DNA from: an uncultured Acetatifactor sp.
Lineage (GTDB): Bacteria > Bacillota > Clostridia > Lachnospirales > Lachnospiraceae
Assembly: GCA_964588645.1 (NCBI GenBank)
Contig: CAZPRB010000003.1
Span: forward strand, 9,553 to 73,552
Direction of reading: 5' to 3'
DNA length: 64,000 nt
The notes below the pieces were generated by a model that did no database searches, had not been told where the DNA came from, and saw only the letters and a list, made by a program, of their open reading frames with translations. The position numbers were made by a program, and so were the translations under genes. Of this stretch, positions 19,146 to 29,949 are shown piece after piece (the stretch's first letter is position 1; the number at the start of each line of letters is the position of its first letter).

Positions 19146-20441
19146 ATGAGAATCGTATCTTTATCCAACGAAACAAAGCAGAGTATTCTGAATGATTTAT
19201 TAAAGAGAAGTCCCAACAATTATACCCGATACGAGGATACTGTAAACGAGATTATCGAAAACGTAAAAACAAAGGGTGATGAGGCAGTCTTTGATTACAC
19301 CCGGAAATTCGATAAATTTGAATTGACACCCGAGAATATCAGGGTTTCTAAGGAGGAGATTGCAGAGGCTTACAAGCAGCTTGATGAGAAATTAATCGAT
19401 GTGCTCAAGCAGTCCGCTGAGAATATCCGTTCCTTTCACACCAAGCAGCTTCGCAACAGCTGGTTTGATTCCAAGGAGGACGGTACCATTCTGGGCATGA
19501 AGATTACGGCCATTGATAAAGCAGGTGTGTATGTACCCGGCGGCAAGGCTGCCTATCCCTCCAGTGTGCTGATGAATGTCATTCCCGCCAAGGTAGCAGG
19601 AGTGAATCAGATTATCATGGTGACACCTCCCGGCGCAGACGGCAGGGTCAATCCCGGAACCCTGGTTGCAGCGGATATTGCAGGTGTGGATACCATTTAT
19701 AAAGTGGGTGGCGCTCAGGCAATCGCAGCTCTTGCATTTGGTACCAAATCCATTCCTAAGGTGGATAAAATCACAGGACCCGGCAATATTTTCGTGGCAT
19801 TGGCAAAGAAGGCGGTATATGGCTATGTCAGCATTGATTCCATTGCCGGTCCCAGCGAAATATTGGTTTTGGCAGACGAAACAGCAAATCCCCGCTATGT
19901 AGCTGCAGATTTACTTTCTCAGGCAGAGCATGATGAACTGGCAAGCGCCATTTTGATTACCACCTCAGCAGAGCTTGCCCGGAAGGTATCCGAGGAAGTG
20001 GACGGATTTGTAAGCAAGCTGTCCAGAACAGCGATTATGCAGAAATCACTGGAGAATTACGGATATATTTTACTGGCTGAGAATATGCAGGATGCCATTG
20101 ATGCGGCAAACGCAATCGCTTCCGAACACCTTGAGATTCTCACCAAGAATCCCTTCGATACCATGACGCGTATCCGCAATGCCGGTGCGATTTTCTTAGG
20201 AGAGTACTCCTCAGAGCCCTTGGGGGATTATTTTGCAGGACCCAACCATATCCTTCCTACCAACGGCACCGCAAAGTTCTTCTCACCGGTAAATGTGGAT
20301 GATTTTATCAAGAAGACCAGCATTATTTCCTATTCTCAGGAGGCCTTGGAGAAGGTTCACAAGGAGATTGAGTTGTTTGCGGAAAGTGAAGGCTTGACCG
20401 CTCACGCAAACAGTATTAAAGTTAGATTTGAAGAAAATTAG
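19146..20441 (+). CDS. hisD: Histidinol dehydrogenase
   Basis: GVYVPGG, GPGN, AGPSE, QAEHD, EHL and GDYFAGPNH motifs. Confidence 0.98.
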   Translation: MRIVSLSNETKQSILNDLLKRSPNNYTRYEDTVNEIIENVKTKGDEAVFDYTRKFDKFELTPENIRVSKEEIAEAYKQLDEKLIDVLKQSAENIRSFHTKQLRNSWFDSKEDGTILGMKITAIDKAGVYVPGGKAAYPSSVLMNVIPAKVAGVNQIIMVTPPGADGRVNPGTLVAADIAGVDTIYKVGGAQAIAALAFGTKSIPKVDKITGPGNIFVALAKKAVYGYVSIDSIAGPSEILVLADETANPRYVAADLLSQAEHDELASAILITTSAELARKVSEEVDGFVSKLSRTAIMQKSLENYGYILLAENMQDAIDAANAIASEHLEILTKNPFDTMTRIRNAGAIFLGEYSSEPLGDYFAGPNHILPTNGTAKFFSPVNVDDFIKKTSIISYSQEALEKVHKEIELFAESEGLTAHANSIKVRFEEN

Positions 20442-20458
20442 GCAAAAGGAGAGTTCCT

Positions 20459-21046
20459 ATGGCACGTACAGCATCCGTGAATCGTAAAACCAAAGAGACA
20501 GACATCGCAATCAGCTTCAACCTGGACGGAAGCGGTTCCTCCGTCATAGATACCGGAATCGGGTTCTTTGACCATATGTTAGAGGGCTTTGCAAAGCACG
20601 GCTTTTTTGATCTAAATTGCAAGGTTACCGGAGATTTACAGGTGGATGGACATCACACGGTGGAGGATGCGGGAATTGTTCTGGGTCAGGCAATTGCACA
20701 GGCTGTGGGAGATAAGAAGGGCATCAGACGCTATGGTTACTTTATCCTTCCCATGGATGACGCTCTGGCTCTGTGTGCGGTAGACCTGTGCGGACGACCC
20801 TATCTGAATTTTGAATGTGAGTTCACCTCACCCAGAGTGGGATATCTGGATACGGAGCTTGTGAGGGAATTCTTCTATGCAATATCCTACAGTGCCGGAA
20901 TGAATCTCCATATTAAAATGCTTTCCGGCAGCAACAACCATCACATGATTGAAGCCATGTTCAAGGCCTTCGCAAAGGCGCTGGATATGGCTACCGGATA
21001 TGATTCCCGTGTGACGGATGTGCTGAGTACCAAAGGAAGTCTCTAG
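20459..21046 (+). CDS. hisB: Imidazoleglycerol-phosphate dehydratase
   Basis: [23 protein letters not shown] and STKG motifs. Confidence 0.98.
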   Translation: MARTASVNRKTKETDIAISFNLDGSGSSVIDTGIGFFDHMLEGFAKHGFFDLNCKVTGDLQVDGHHTVEDAGIVLGQAIAQAVGDKKGIRRYGYFILPMDDALALCAVDLCGRPYLNFECEFTSPRVGYLDTELVREFFYAISYSAGMNLHIKMLSGSNNHHMIEAMFKAFAKALDMATGYDSRVTDVLSTKGSL

Positions 21047-21059
21047 AAAGGAAATACCT

Positions 21060-22346
21060 ATGATGACCAAAAAATTTGTTCCCTGCATTTATTTATACCA
21101 AGGGCATGCAGTGAGAAGCTTAGAGGATACTACTGTAGTAGAAAACGACCCACTTGCACTTGTCAGACTTTATAACGAGAATAATGCTGATGAATTGCTT
21201 GTGTTTGACATGTCCTCCGGCGATGCGGAGCATGATGCGGCTTTAGACATCATGAAAGAAATCTGTGCCGTGGCGGAGATGGATGTCATCGGTGCCGGCA
21301 ATGTGAAGCGTATGGAGGATATCAAGAAGATTCTTTATACAGGATGCAAGAAAGCGGTTCTGGACTACGAAAAGGAAAGCAATATCGCAATTACCGAGGA
21401 GGTGTCGCTGAAATTCGGAAGGGAAAAACTTCTGGTATCCTTCCGAAATCTCTCCGCCTTGAAGCAGAATAAGGAATTGTCGGAGAAATACATATCCGGT
21501 ATGGTTCTGATGGATCCCCATGTGCTTACGGAGACCATAGAGCTTACGGATTTACCCTTCCTTGTACAGATAGAGCAGATTGCCTTAAATAAGCTGCTGG
21601 AGGTCTTCTCCTTTGAGAACGTTTGCGGTGTGACAGGTAATGCCATCAATGACAATATCAAGGAAATTCCAGCACTGAAGGAGCTCTGTCAGGAGAATCA
21701 TATCGCCATTGAAGCCTTTCAGGCAGCCTACAAATGGGCTGATTTTAAATTGAACAGCGATGGAATGATTCCGGTGATTGTACAGGATTACCGCACCTCT
21801 GAGGTGCTGATGATGGCATATATGAACGAGGAGGCTTACAATGCCACCTTAAAGACCGGAAGGATGACCTATTACAGCAGAAGCCGCAAGGAGCTTTGGC
21901 TCAAGGGTGAGACCAGCGGGCATTTCCAGTATGTGAAGAGTCTTGCTGCCGACTGTGATATGGATACCATTCTGGCAAAGGTATCCCAGGTGGGCGCCGC
22001 CTGTCATACAGGTGCAAAAAGCTGCTTTTTCAACGAAATTACCAAAAAAGCCTACGAGGAAAGTGCAAATCCCCTTCTGGTATTTGAGGAAGTATTCAAT
22101 GTCATTAAGGACCGAAAGATTCATCCCAAGGAAGGCTCCTACACCAATTATCTGTTTGACAAGGGAATTGATAAAATCTTAAAGAAACTGGGTGAGGAGG
22201 CTACGGAAATCGTTATAGCAGCCAAGAATCCCAACGCCAATGAAGTCAAATATGAAATCAGTGATTTCCTCTACCACATGATGGTTCTCATGGCCGAGAA
22301 GGATGTGACCTGGGAGGAGATTACCACGGAGCTGGCGAACCGTTAG
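21060..22346 (+). CDS. hisIE: Degenerate HisF-like barrel fused to HisI-HisE
   Basis: N-terminal VPCIYL / ADELLVFD (HisF-like); DCDMD and ACHTGAKSC (HisI); KKLGEEATE and YEISDFLYH (HisE). Confidence 0.9.
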   Translation: MMTKKFVPCIYLYQGHAVRSLEDTTVVENDPLALVRLYNENNADELLVFDMSSGDAEHDAALDIMKEICAVAEMDVIGAGNVKRMEDIKKILYTGCKKAVLDYEKESNIAITEEVSLKFGREKLLVSFRNLSALKQNKELSEKYISGMVLMDPHVLTETIELTDLPFLVQIEQIALNKLLEVFSFENVCGVTGNAINDNIKEIPALKELCQENHIAIEAFQAAYKWADFKLNSDGMIPVIVQDYRTSEVLMMAYMNEEAYNATLKTGRMTYYSRSRKELWLKGETSGHFQYVKSLAADCDMDTILAKVSQVGAACHTGAKSCFFNEITKKAYEESANPLLVFEEVFNVIKDRKIHPKEGSYTNYLFDKGIDKILKKLGEEATEIVIAAKNPNANEVKYEISDFLYHMMVLMAEKDVTWEEITTELANR

Positions 22347-22355
22347 AATTCCTGT

Positions 22356-22385
22356 AAAGCACTTCTATTTAGAGGTGCTTTTTTG
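22356..22385 (+). terminator. Intrinsic terminator of the his operon
   Basis: AAAGCACTTCT-attt-AGAGGTGCTTT followed by TTT. Confidence 0.85.
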
Positions 22386-22457
22386 ATGCATTCATGATAT
22401 AATACTCTAAATGTTTCCAAACATAAGAGTAAGTACAGACAAAAGGAGATTACGAAT

Positions 22458-23402
22458 ATGCCCTCAGCAGGTAAAGAATTATGTGAAAGAATAATGAACA
22501 ATATCGAAAAAGTCATTGTAGGCAAGGAGCGGACAGTAAAGCTTCTGGTGACCTCGTTGATAGCGGACGGACATGTGCTGCTTGAGGATGTACCCGGCAC
22601 CGGGAAAACGAAGCTTGCAAAAACGCTTGCAAAGTCCTTGAATGCTGAGTTCTCCAGAATTCAGTTCACGCCTGATTTGCTTCCCAGCGATATTACGGGA
22701 TTGAATATTTATGACAGACAGAAAAACGAATTTGTCCTTCGCAATGGGCCGGTATTTACCAATATCCTTCTGGCTGATGAGATAAACCGTGCAACCCCCA
22801 GAACACAGGCCGGCCTGCTGGAGTGTATGGAGGAGAGGCAGGTTACCATTGATGGTGTCAGCTATGAACCCGGTCATCCCTTCTTTGTAATTGCAACGCA
22901 GAACCCTGTGGAAACCTCCGGAACCTTTCCTTTGCCTGAGGCGCAGATGGACCGCTTTATGATGAAATTGTCCATGGGACTTCCCGAGCGTGAGGAGGAG
23001 CTTTCCATTTTAAACCGTTATATGAGTGAGGAACCTCTTGCAAGGCTGGATGCCGTTATGTCCTTAGAAGAATTACAGGAAGCAAAGGAGGCTGCCAATG
23101 GTATCTATGTACATTCCTGCATACTGCAGTATATGGTAGATATGATTGAAGCCACCAGAAAAGCGGACGGAGTGATGATGGGTGTCAGCCCCAGAGGAAG
23201 TCTCGCCCTGCTTCGCTGTGCAAAGTCCTACGCTTATTTGAATGGCAGGGATTATGTGATTCCTGATGATGTGAAGGAATTGGCTCTTCCCGTTCTTGCC
23301 CATCGTATCGTGATGGGATATGCAGATAACCGCGGTGCAGAGAGATTGATGGAAGAAATTATACAGAAAACGCCGGTTCCTACGGAAGACTTTACCAGAT
23401 AA
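22458..23402 (+). CDS. MoxR-family AAA+ ATPase
   Basis: LLEDVPGTGKT, RIQFTPDLLPSD, DEINRA, ATQNP and PEAQMDRF motifs. Confidence 0.96.
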   Translation: MPSAGKELCERIMNNIEKVIVGKERTVKLLVTSLIADGHVLLEDVPGTGKTKLAKTLAKSLNAEFSRIQFTPDLLPSDITGLNIYDRQKNEFVLRNGPVFTNILLADEINRATPRTQAGLLECMEERQVTIDGVSYEPGHPFFVIATQNPVETSGTFPLPEAQMDRFMMKLSMGLPEREEELSILNRYMSEEPLARLDAVMSLEELQEAKEAANGIYVHSCILQYMVDMIEATRKADGVMMGVSPRGSLALLRCAKSYAYLNGRDYVIPDDVKELALPVLAHRIVMGYADNRGAERLMEEIIQKTPVPTEDFTR

Positions 23403-23429
23403 GAAATCATTCCGGGGAAGAATAAAGAA

Positions 23430-24557
23430 ATGATACAATTGTTGGAAATCGGGCTGCTTGCCCTGTTACTTTTTTGGATACAACAAAAAATATATACACA
23501 ATTATGGCAGAAGAATCTGACGGCCACATTATCCTTTCAAACACCATGTATTTTTGAGGGAGAGCAGGGAAGTCTTCAGGAGGTCATTGAGAACAGAAAA
23601 CGTCTCCCCTTATCCATGCTGAAGGTGAAGTTTCAAACCAGCCGGAATCTGGTTTTTGATTCTGCTAAGGGTTCCCGCACCACAGACCAATATTATCGGA
23701 ATGATGTCTTTCATGTGGGCGGCGGTGAGAAGATTACCAGAACCGTTCCCTTTGCGGGTGGTAAGCGTGGCTATTATCAGATTCATGCGTTGGATTTAGT
23801 GGCATCGGATTTGTTTCTGACGAAGCAGATGGTTAGCACAGTTCCCGTGAACAAATCCATTTATGTATATCCCAAGCCCTTTGACAGTGAGGAGTTTCAG
23901 CTTGCGCTGCAGCAGTTAAACGGTGAGGTGATATCCCGGAGGCATTTGATAGAGGATCCCTTTGAATACCGTGGTATCAGAGAGTACCAGCCCTTTGATG
24001 ACATCCGCAGCATTAACTGGAAGGCAACAGCCAAGACGGATGAATTGAAGGTGACTCAGAAAAATTATACCTCCATCCCCTCTGTGCGTATTTTCTTTAA
24101 TATCGAGGACAGAGGTGTGCTGAAGAAGGAGGATTGTGTGGAGGCTTGTCTGCAGCTTGCGGCAGGTCTCGGAAAATTTTTCACCGGGCAGGGTGTGCGT
24201 GTGAGCTGTTATGGTAACGGCAGGGATTTGATGACGGACAATCCGGTGATACTGGAGGACGGTGCCGGCAAGGGACAGCTGGAACAGCTTTACAGAACGC
24301 TGGCCAGAGTGGATACGGCGAAACCGGTTGCAAATTTCACGGATTACTTTTCCGAACCGTTATTGCGTTCCTCCCACAACACCATTACCTGTCTGATTGC
24401 GCCCAATCATTATCCGGATTTTGTGGAATTGGCGGAACGTTTGCAGCTTAAGGGAGAGCGTTTCCTCTGGTTTTACCCGGTGTGGGAAAGCACGGAGCCT
24501 GAGCTTCCGGAGAGTGTGCGGGAGCATATCAAGGTGATTCATATCCGTCAGGTATGA
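23430..24557 (+). CDS. DUF58 domain protein
   Basis: N-terminal TM; KRGYY, VYP and GIREYQPFDDIRSINWKATAK motifs; follows moxR. Confidence 0.9.
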   Translation: MIQLLEIGLLALLLFWIQQKIYTQLWQKNLTATLSFQTPCIFEGEQGSLQEVIENRKRLPLSMLKVKFQTSRNLVFDSAKGSRTTDQYYRNDVFHVGGGEKITRTVPFAGGKRGYYQIHALDLVASDLFLTKQMVSTVPVNKSIYVYPKPFDSEEFQLALQQLNGEVISRRHLIEDPFEYRGIREYQPFDDIRSINWKATAKTDELKVTQKNYTSIPSVRIFFNIEDRGVLKKEDCVEACLQLAAGLGKFFTGQGVRVSCYGNGRDLMTDNPVILEDGAGKGQLEQLYRTLARVDTAKPVANFTDYFSEPLLRSSHNTITCLIAPNHYPDFVELAERLQLKGERFLWFYPVWESTEPELPESVREHIKVIHIRQV

Positions 24558-24586
24558 TACAAAATATGCCAGAAAGGAGTACCTGT

Positions 24587-25852
24587 ATGAAAGGTAAACA
24601 GAATTCCATTATGCTTTTAAGAGAATTGCTTGTGACCCAGATGAATCATTGGACATTTTTTCCTGTCTATTTGACCATTGTAGTGATACTAAGCGATATT
24701 TCCGAGTCAGGTACACCCAAGATTTCCTTTTGGCTTCTCTCCGGAGTGGTTCCGTTTCTTTTTTATCTTGCAAGAACCGGGCTGAAATTCTTTTGGATGC
24801 TCCTTGTGCATATAGCAGTTTTGGGTATTTATGTCGTTCTGCCCTTTGAAAATGCTGTGATTAAGGTGATACAGCTTACGGTAGCCTTGGTCTATGTTAT
24901 CTATTCCATTGTACTTTGGGTTAAGGAAAGGGAGAAGAAGGATGCCCGAATCCTTCCCCTTCTTATGGTTGGATTGTCTGTAGCATGTGTCTATATGCTC
25001 CACCATCAGGAGCACGGGGAATGGGATTTTGCAATCATTACCTGCCTGATAGCTGTCATTGGCCTTTATTTTATCAATTATTATGTAGAACAGTATCAGA
25101 ATTTCCTGACGGTGAATCAAAGCAGCGCAGGGCATATTCCTGCGCAAGAAATGTTCCGTTCGGGGATGGGGCTGGTCGTCGGATATACAGGTGTCGGTAT
25201 TCTACTGTTAATCTTCATTTCGAACGGTCAATGGCTGCTTACGATTCTGAATGCATGCAGATGGGCTTTAAGCCTTCTGGTCAGAGGGCTTCAGGCGCTT
25301 TTCCCCTATAGAGAAACGCAAGGGGAGGAGCTGACCGTAAACGAAAAGGTTGATATGGCAGGAGATATGATGGCTGGTCTGGAGCCGGGAGAAGGCTTCT
25401 GGCTATGGCAGGTTCTGGAGTATGTGATTATCTTTGTATTTCTGGCACTTTTTGTGCTGGTGCTGGTAAAAGGTCTCGTCAGTCTGTTCCGGCTGCTTTT
25501 GAAGCTTATGAAACGGTCAAATTATGTTAAAAATGATACCCGGGAGGCTTCTGTGGTGGATGTGCGTGAAAAATGTGAGATTATCCGCGGTAATCAGCTG
25601 AAGAAGAATTTTTCACTATGGAACCTGAATTCAGCGGACCGCATCCGGCATCTGTACAAGAAAAGGTTGCTTGCTTCGCAGTCCCTCCTGACAAACGGGA
25701 ACGGAAAAGAGAAATTAAACCTGTTTACAGCACGGGAAAGCGGCACAATTCTTAAGAGGGAGGAGCTTTCCGGTCTCTATGAAAAAGCACGCTACTCCCG
25801 GGAAGAGTGCAGCAGCGAGGATGTTAGGCATATGAAAACAGCATGCAAGTAG
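24587..25852 (+). CDS. Polytopic membrane protein with DUF4129-like C-terminus
   Basis: About 8 hydrophobic segments; C-terminal IRHLY...LYEKARYS; start uncertain (24554 or 24587). Confidence 0.7.
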   Translation: MKGKQNSIMLLRELLVTQMNHWTFFPVYLTIVVILSDISESGTPKISFWLLSGVVPFLFYLARTGLKFFWMLLVHIAVLGIYVVLPFENAVIKVIQLTVALVYVIYSIVLWVKEREKKDARILPLLMVGLSVACVYMLHHQEHGEWDFAIITCLIAVIGLYFINYYVEQYQNFLTVNQSSAGHIPAQEMFRSGMGLVVGYTGVGILLLIFISNGQWLLTILNACRWALSLLVRGLQALFPYRETQGEELTVNEKVDMAGDMMAGLEPGEGFWLWQVLEYVIIFVFLALFVLVLVKGLVSLFRLLLKLMKRSNYVKNDTREASVVDVREKCEIIRGNQLKKNFSLWNLNSADRIRHLYKKRLLASQSLLTNGNGKEKLNLFTARESGTILKREELSGLYEKARYSREECSSEDVRHMKTACK

Positions 25853-25913
25853 TGATAAGGTAAATGTAGGATAGAATACATGCCGGAAAGAAATGATAGA
25901 AAGAGGATGTTAT

Positions 25914-27794
25914 ATGAGCGACAAATTAGCTTTGTCAGACGATATCTTAATGAAAATTGAAAAACCCGCCCGCTATATCGGTCATGAGGTCAATGCGGTA
26001 GTGAAGGATAAGGATAAGGTAAAGGTACGCTTTGCCATGTGCTTCCCCGATGTCTATGAAATCGGTATGTCTCATTTGGGCATACAGATTCTCTATGATA
26101 TGTTCAACTCCATGGAGGATGTGTGGTGTGAACGTGTCTATTCTCCGTGGCTTGATTTAGACAAGATTATGCGTGAAGAAAAGATTCCGCTGTTTGCCTT
26201 GGAATCTCAAGACCCTATTAAGGATTTTGATTTTCTGGGTATTACCATTCAATATGAGATGTGTTATACCAACATTTTACAGGTATTGGATTTGGCACAG
26301 CTTCCCCTGCTGGCCTCTGAAAGAGACGATACTTGTCCCATTGTAATCGGCGGAGGACCCTGCTCCTACAATCCGGAGCCCGTTGCTGATTTTTTTGATA
26401 TGTTCTATATCGGCGAGGGCGAGACTCAGTATGCCAATTTACTGCAATTATATAAAGAATGTAAAGCGGAGGGAGTAGGGCGCAAGGAGTTTTTACGTCG
26501 CGCCGCAAGACTTCCCGGCATTTACGTCCCGGCATTCTATGAGGTTACCTATCATGAGGATGGCACAATCCAATCCTTTGCTCCTACAGAAGAAGGTATT
26601 CCGGCAACCATCACCAAGGAAATCGAAATGAATGTAACGGATACCTATTATCCCATGAAGCCTGTTGTACCTTATATGAAGGTTACGCAGGACAGAGTGG
26701 TGCTGGAGATTCAGCGTGGCTGCATCCGCGGCTGCAGGTTCTGTCAGGCAGGACAGCTCTATCGTCCCGTGCGGGAAAGAGATGTGGAGCAGCTGAAGAG
26801 ATATGCTGTGGAAATGTTGAAAAACACAGGACATGAAGAAATTTCTTTAAGTTCCTTAAGCTCCAGTGATTACAGCAAGCTACCGGAATTGATAGATTTT
26901 CTGATAGAAGAATGCAATAAAAAACATATAAACATTTCTCTGCCTTCCCTTCGAATTGACGCATTTTCCCTGGATGTGATGAGTAAGGTACAGGATGTGA
27001 AGAAATCCAGCCTCACCTTTGCACCGGAGGCAGGCAGTCAGAGATTGAGAAACGTGATTAATAAGGGATTGACCGAGGAGGTCATTCTGAAAGGCTCTGC
27101 ACTTGCCTTCGAGGGCGGCTGGACCAGAGTAAAGCTATACTTCATGCTGGGACTTCCCATGGAGACGGAGGAGGATATCCGTGGAATTGCCGAGCTTTCC
27201 AACAAGATAGCTGCTACCTTCTTTGAGACTGTACCCAAGGAGAAGCGGGTGAACGGTAAGGTTCAGATAGTCACCAGCACCTCCTTCTTTGTGCCGAAGC
27301 CCTTTACCCCATTTCAGTGGGCACCGCAGTGCACAAAGGAGGAATTCGTGGAGAAGGCATATCAGACCAAGAAAGCTATAACGGAGCAGTTGAATCAAAA
27401 GAGCATCAAATATAACTGGCACGAAGCGGATGCCAGTGTGCTGGAGGGTGTTCTGGCAAGAGGGGACAGACGATTGTCACAGGTACTTCTTAAGGTCTAT
27501 GAGAAGGGCTGCTTTTATGATGCCTGGAGCGAATATTTCCGCAATGATGTATGGATGGAGACCTTTGAGGAATGTGGTCTTTCCGTGGATTTCTACAGTC
27601 ACAGAGAACGCGATTTGGATGAGATTCTGCCTTGGGATTTCATTGATTGCGGTGTGACCAAGGAATTTTTAAAGAGAGAATGGTTAAAGGCTCAAAGGGA
27701 AGAAATATCCGAGAATTGCAAGCTGAAATGTCAGGGCTGCGGAGCGAACCGTTTCGGCGGAGGCATCTGTTTTGAAGAAAGAAGCGCGCAGTAG
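25914..27794 (+). CDS. TIGR03960-family B12-binding radical SAM protein
   Basis: KPARYIG, FPDVYEIGMS, RGCIRGCRFC, FVPKPFTPFQW and C-terminal CxxC motifs. Confidence 0.94.
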   Translation: MSDKLALSDDILMKIEKPARYIGHEVNAVVKDKDKVKVRFAMCFPDVYEIGMSHLGIQILYDMFNSMEDVWCERVYSPWLDLDKIMREEKIPLFALESQDPIKDFDFLGITIQYEMCYTNILQVLDLAQLPLLASERDDTCPIVIGGGPCSYNPEPVADFFDMFYIGEGETQYANLLQLYKECKAEGVGRKEFLRRAARLPGIYVPAFYEVTYHEDGTIQSFAPTEEGIPATITKEIEMNVTDTYYPMKPVVPYMKVTQDRVVLEIQRGCIRGCRFCQAGQLYRPVRERDVEQLKRYAVEMLKNTGHEEISLSSLSSSDYSKLPELIDFLIEECNKKHINISLPSLRIDAFSLDVMSKVQDVKKSSLTFAPEAGSQRLRNVINKGLTEEVILKGSALAFEGGWTRVKLYFMLGLPMETEEDIRGIAELSNKIAATFFETVPKEKRVNGKVQIVTSTSFFVPKPFTPFQWAPQCTKEEFVEKAYQTKKAITEQLNQKSIKYNWHEADASVLEGVLARGDRRLSQVLLKVYEKGCFYDAWSEYFRNDVWMETFEECGLSVDFYSHRERDLDEILPWDFIDCGVTKEFLKREWLKAQREEISENCKLKCQGCGANRFGGGICFEERSAQ

Positions 27795-27829
27795 GATTGG
27801 AAAACAGCTTGGAAAGGTAATAATAATCT

Positions 27830-28531
27830 ATGAAATTAAGAGTGAAATTCAGAAAATACGGTTCCATCCGTTTCATCGGACATTTGGACGTTATGAGATT
27901 TTTCCAGAAGGCAATCAGAAGGGCTGAAATTGACATTGCCTATTCCACAGGCTTCAGTCCCCATCAGATTATGTCCTTCGCCGCACCCCTGGGTGTGGGG
28001 CTGGAGAGCAATGGGGAATATATGGACATCGAAGTAAATTCCATCACCACCTGTGCAGAGGTTGCAGAGCGGTTAAACCGTGCAAGCGTTCCGGGAATTG
28101 AAATCACCTCCGTGAAGGTTCTTCCCGAGAATGCCGGAAATGCCATGGCAAGTGTGGCAGCTGCTTCTTACACGGTAAGGTTCCGTGAGGGACGTGCACC
28201 CAAAACGGATATCGCCAAAGCGCTTCCTGCTTTTCTTACCCGGGCACACATTTTTATTACCAAGGAGGGGAAAAAGGGTTCCAGAGAGGTGGATATCAGA
28301 CAGGGAATCTATGAGCTCACATGGAAAGAGGAAGCTTTCCGGATGCTGTTGGATGCCTCCAGTGCCGGCAATATCAAGCCTGCACAGGTTCTGGAAGCCC
28401 TGCTGGCAGACAACGGAGAGCAGCTGCAGGAGAATGCCTTGCTGATTACCAGAGAAGATACCTTCATGGATATCGGCGAAAACGGAGAGAGAAACCTTGT
28501 GCCACTGGACAATATCGGCATGGAAGCCTGA
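27830..28531 (+). CDS. TIGR03936 radical SAM-associated protein (DUF2344)
   Basis: FIGHLD, YSTGFSPH and GLESNGEY motifs; follows TIGR03960. Confidence 0.92.
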   Translation: MKLRVKFRKYGSIRFIGHLDVMRFFQKAIRRAEIDIAYSTGFSPHQIMSFAAPLGVGLESNGEYMDIEVNSITTCAEVAERLNRASVPGIEITSVKVLPENAGNAMASVAAASYTVRFREGRAPKTDIAKALPAFLTRAHIFITKEGKKGSREVDIRQGIYELTWKEEAFRMLLDASSAGNIKPAQVLEALLADNGEQLQENALLITREDTFMDIGENGERNLVPLDNIGMEA

Positions 28532-28619
28532 AAGAGAATTGACAGAGCTTGAAAGAGTTTGAAAAAGTTTAAAAGAGAATGGTTGATAAACCGGGAGGGA
28601 ATGAAATAAAAAGGGAGGG

Positions 28620-29945
28620 ATGACAGACTTGAGCCGCAGAATTACAACGGGTAGCTCCCATACGGACGAATATAGCCAAAGCATATCGGATACCACATAT
28701 GGTAAGGTTATATTCACGACCTACAAGGGACAGCTGTGCGGTCTGTATCTGTGTGAAAACCGTCTTTTGGCGGCACAGGTGATGGACAATGGCACAAGCC
28801 GTATCGGAGCGGTATATATCGGAAAAATTAAAAACATTGTGAAAAATATTGATGCCTGCTTTGTAGAGATTGCAAATGGAGAAATCTGCTTTCTTGCCCG
28901 AAAAGATGCATACAATCCAATACTATTAAATCGCAAATATGACGGGAGACTGTTGGAGGGAGACGAGCTTCTGATTCAACTGTGCCGAGAGGCACAAAAG
29001 ACCAAGCAGGCCTCTGTGACAGCCAATCTTTCTCTCTCTAATGAATATGCGGTAATCAGCATTGGTTCTAAAAGGGTTGGATATTCCGGAAAGCTGGAGA
29101 AAAGCAAAAAAGAAGAAATCAGGAATTGGCTTATCCAAAATAAACTGCTGCAGGGAAGTGATTTTAGATACGAAGATGTCAACGAGAATGCTAATAAGGA
29201 TACTGAAGATATGAAGCCATCTCTGGGTCTTGTGCTTCGCACCAAGGCGGGCACTTGTACAGAGGAAGTCCTTCTTGGCAAGCTTCATGAGCTTATGAAG
29301 GATTTTCATACCATGATACAGACGGCGCAGCACAGAACCTGCTTCAGCTGTATCAGAAGGGCACCGGAGGAATTTGAAGCAATTCTCGACCAAATGGTAT
29401 ATTCCTACGAATACAATGAAATTCTGACGGATGATGCACAGCTGTTTGACAAATTATCAGCCTACTGTAAGGAGCACTTACCGGATAAGACCGTGCGGCT
29501 CTATCAGGATGAGACCTTCAGCCTTTCAAAACTGTATTCTCTGGAGTCCAAGCTGGATACCGCCTTAAACAAGCGTATTTGGCTCAAATCGGGGGGATAT
29601 CTTGTTATCGAACAGACTGAGGCACTGACCGTTATTGACGTAAATACGGGCAAATACGAAGCCACAGGGTCATCCTCGGATACCTTTGAGGTCATCAACA
29701 GGGAAGCGGCAAGAGAAGTGGCAATACAATTGCGGCTGAGAAATCTGTCCGGCATTATCATTGTTGATTTTATCAATATGAAATCAAAGGAAGCAGAGGA
29801 AAACCTGTTACATTATTTGCAAGATTTAGTACACAAGGATAAAGTCAAAACCTCTGTGGTGGATATCACACCTCTGGGTCTGGTGGAGATTACAAGGAAG
29901 AAACAGAATAAGACATTGCGGGAACAATTTATAAAGGTGGTTTGA
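28620..29945 (+). CDS. rng: Ribonuclease E/G family
   Basis: S1 domain; SGGYLVIEQTEALTVIDVNTG, LRNLSGIIIVDFINM and LGLVEITRK motifs. Confidence 0.93.
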   Translation: MTDLSRRITTGSSHTDEYSQSISDTTYGKVIFTTYKGQLCGLYLCENRLLAAQVMDNGTSRIGAVYIGKIKNIVKNIDACFVEIANGEICFLARKDAYNPILLNRKYDGRLLEGDELLIQLCREAQKTKQASVTANLSLSNEYAVISIGSKRVGYSGKLEKSKKEEIRNWLIQNKLLQGSDFRYEDVNENANKDTEDMKPSLGLVLRTKAGTCTEEVLLGKLHELMKDFHTMIQTAQHRTCFSCIRRAPEEFEAILDQMVYSYEYNEILTDDAQLFDKLSAYCKEHLPDKTVRLYQDETFSLSKLYSLESKLDTALNKRIWLKSGGYLVIEQTEALTVIDVNTGKYEATGSSSDTFEVINREAAREVAIQLRLRNLSGIIIVDFINMKSKEAEENLLHYLQDLVHKDKVKTSVVDITPLGLVEITRKKQNKTLREQFIKVV

Positions 29946-29949
29946 AACA

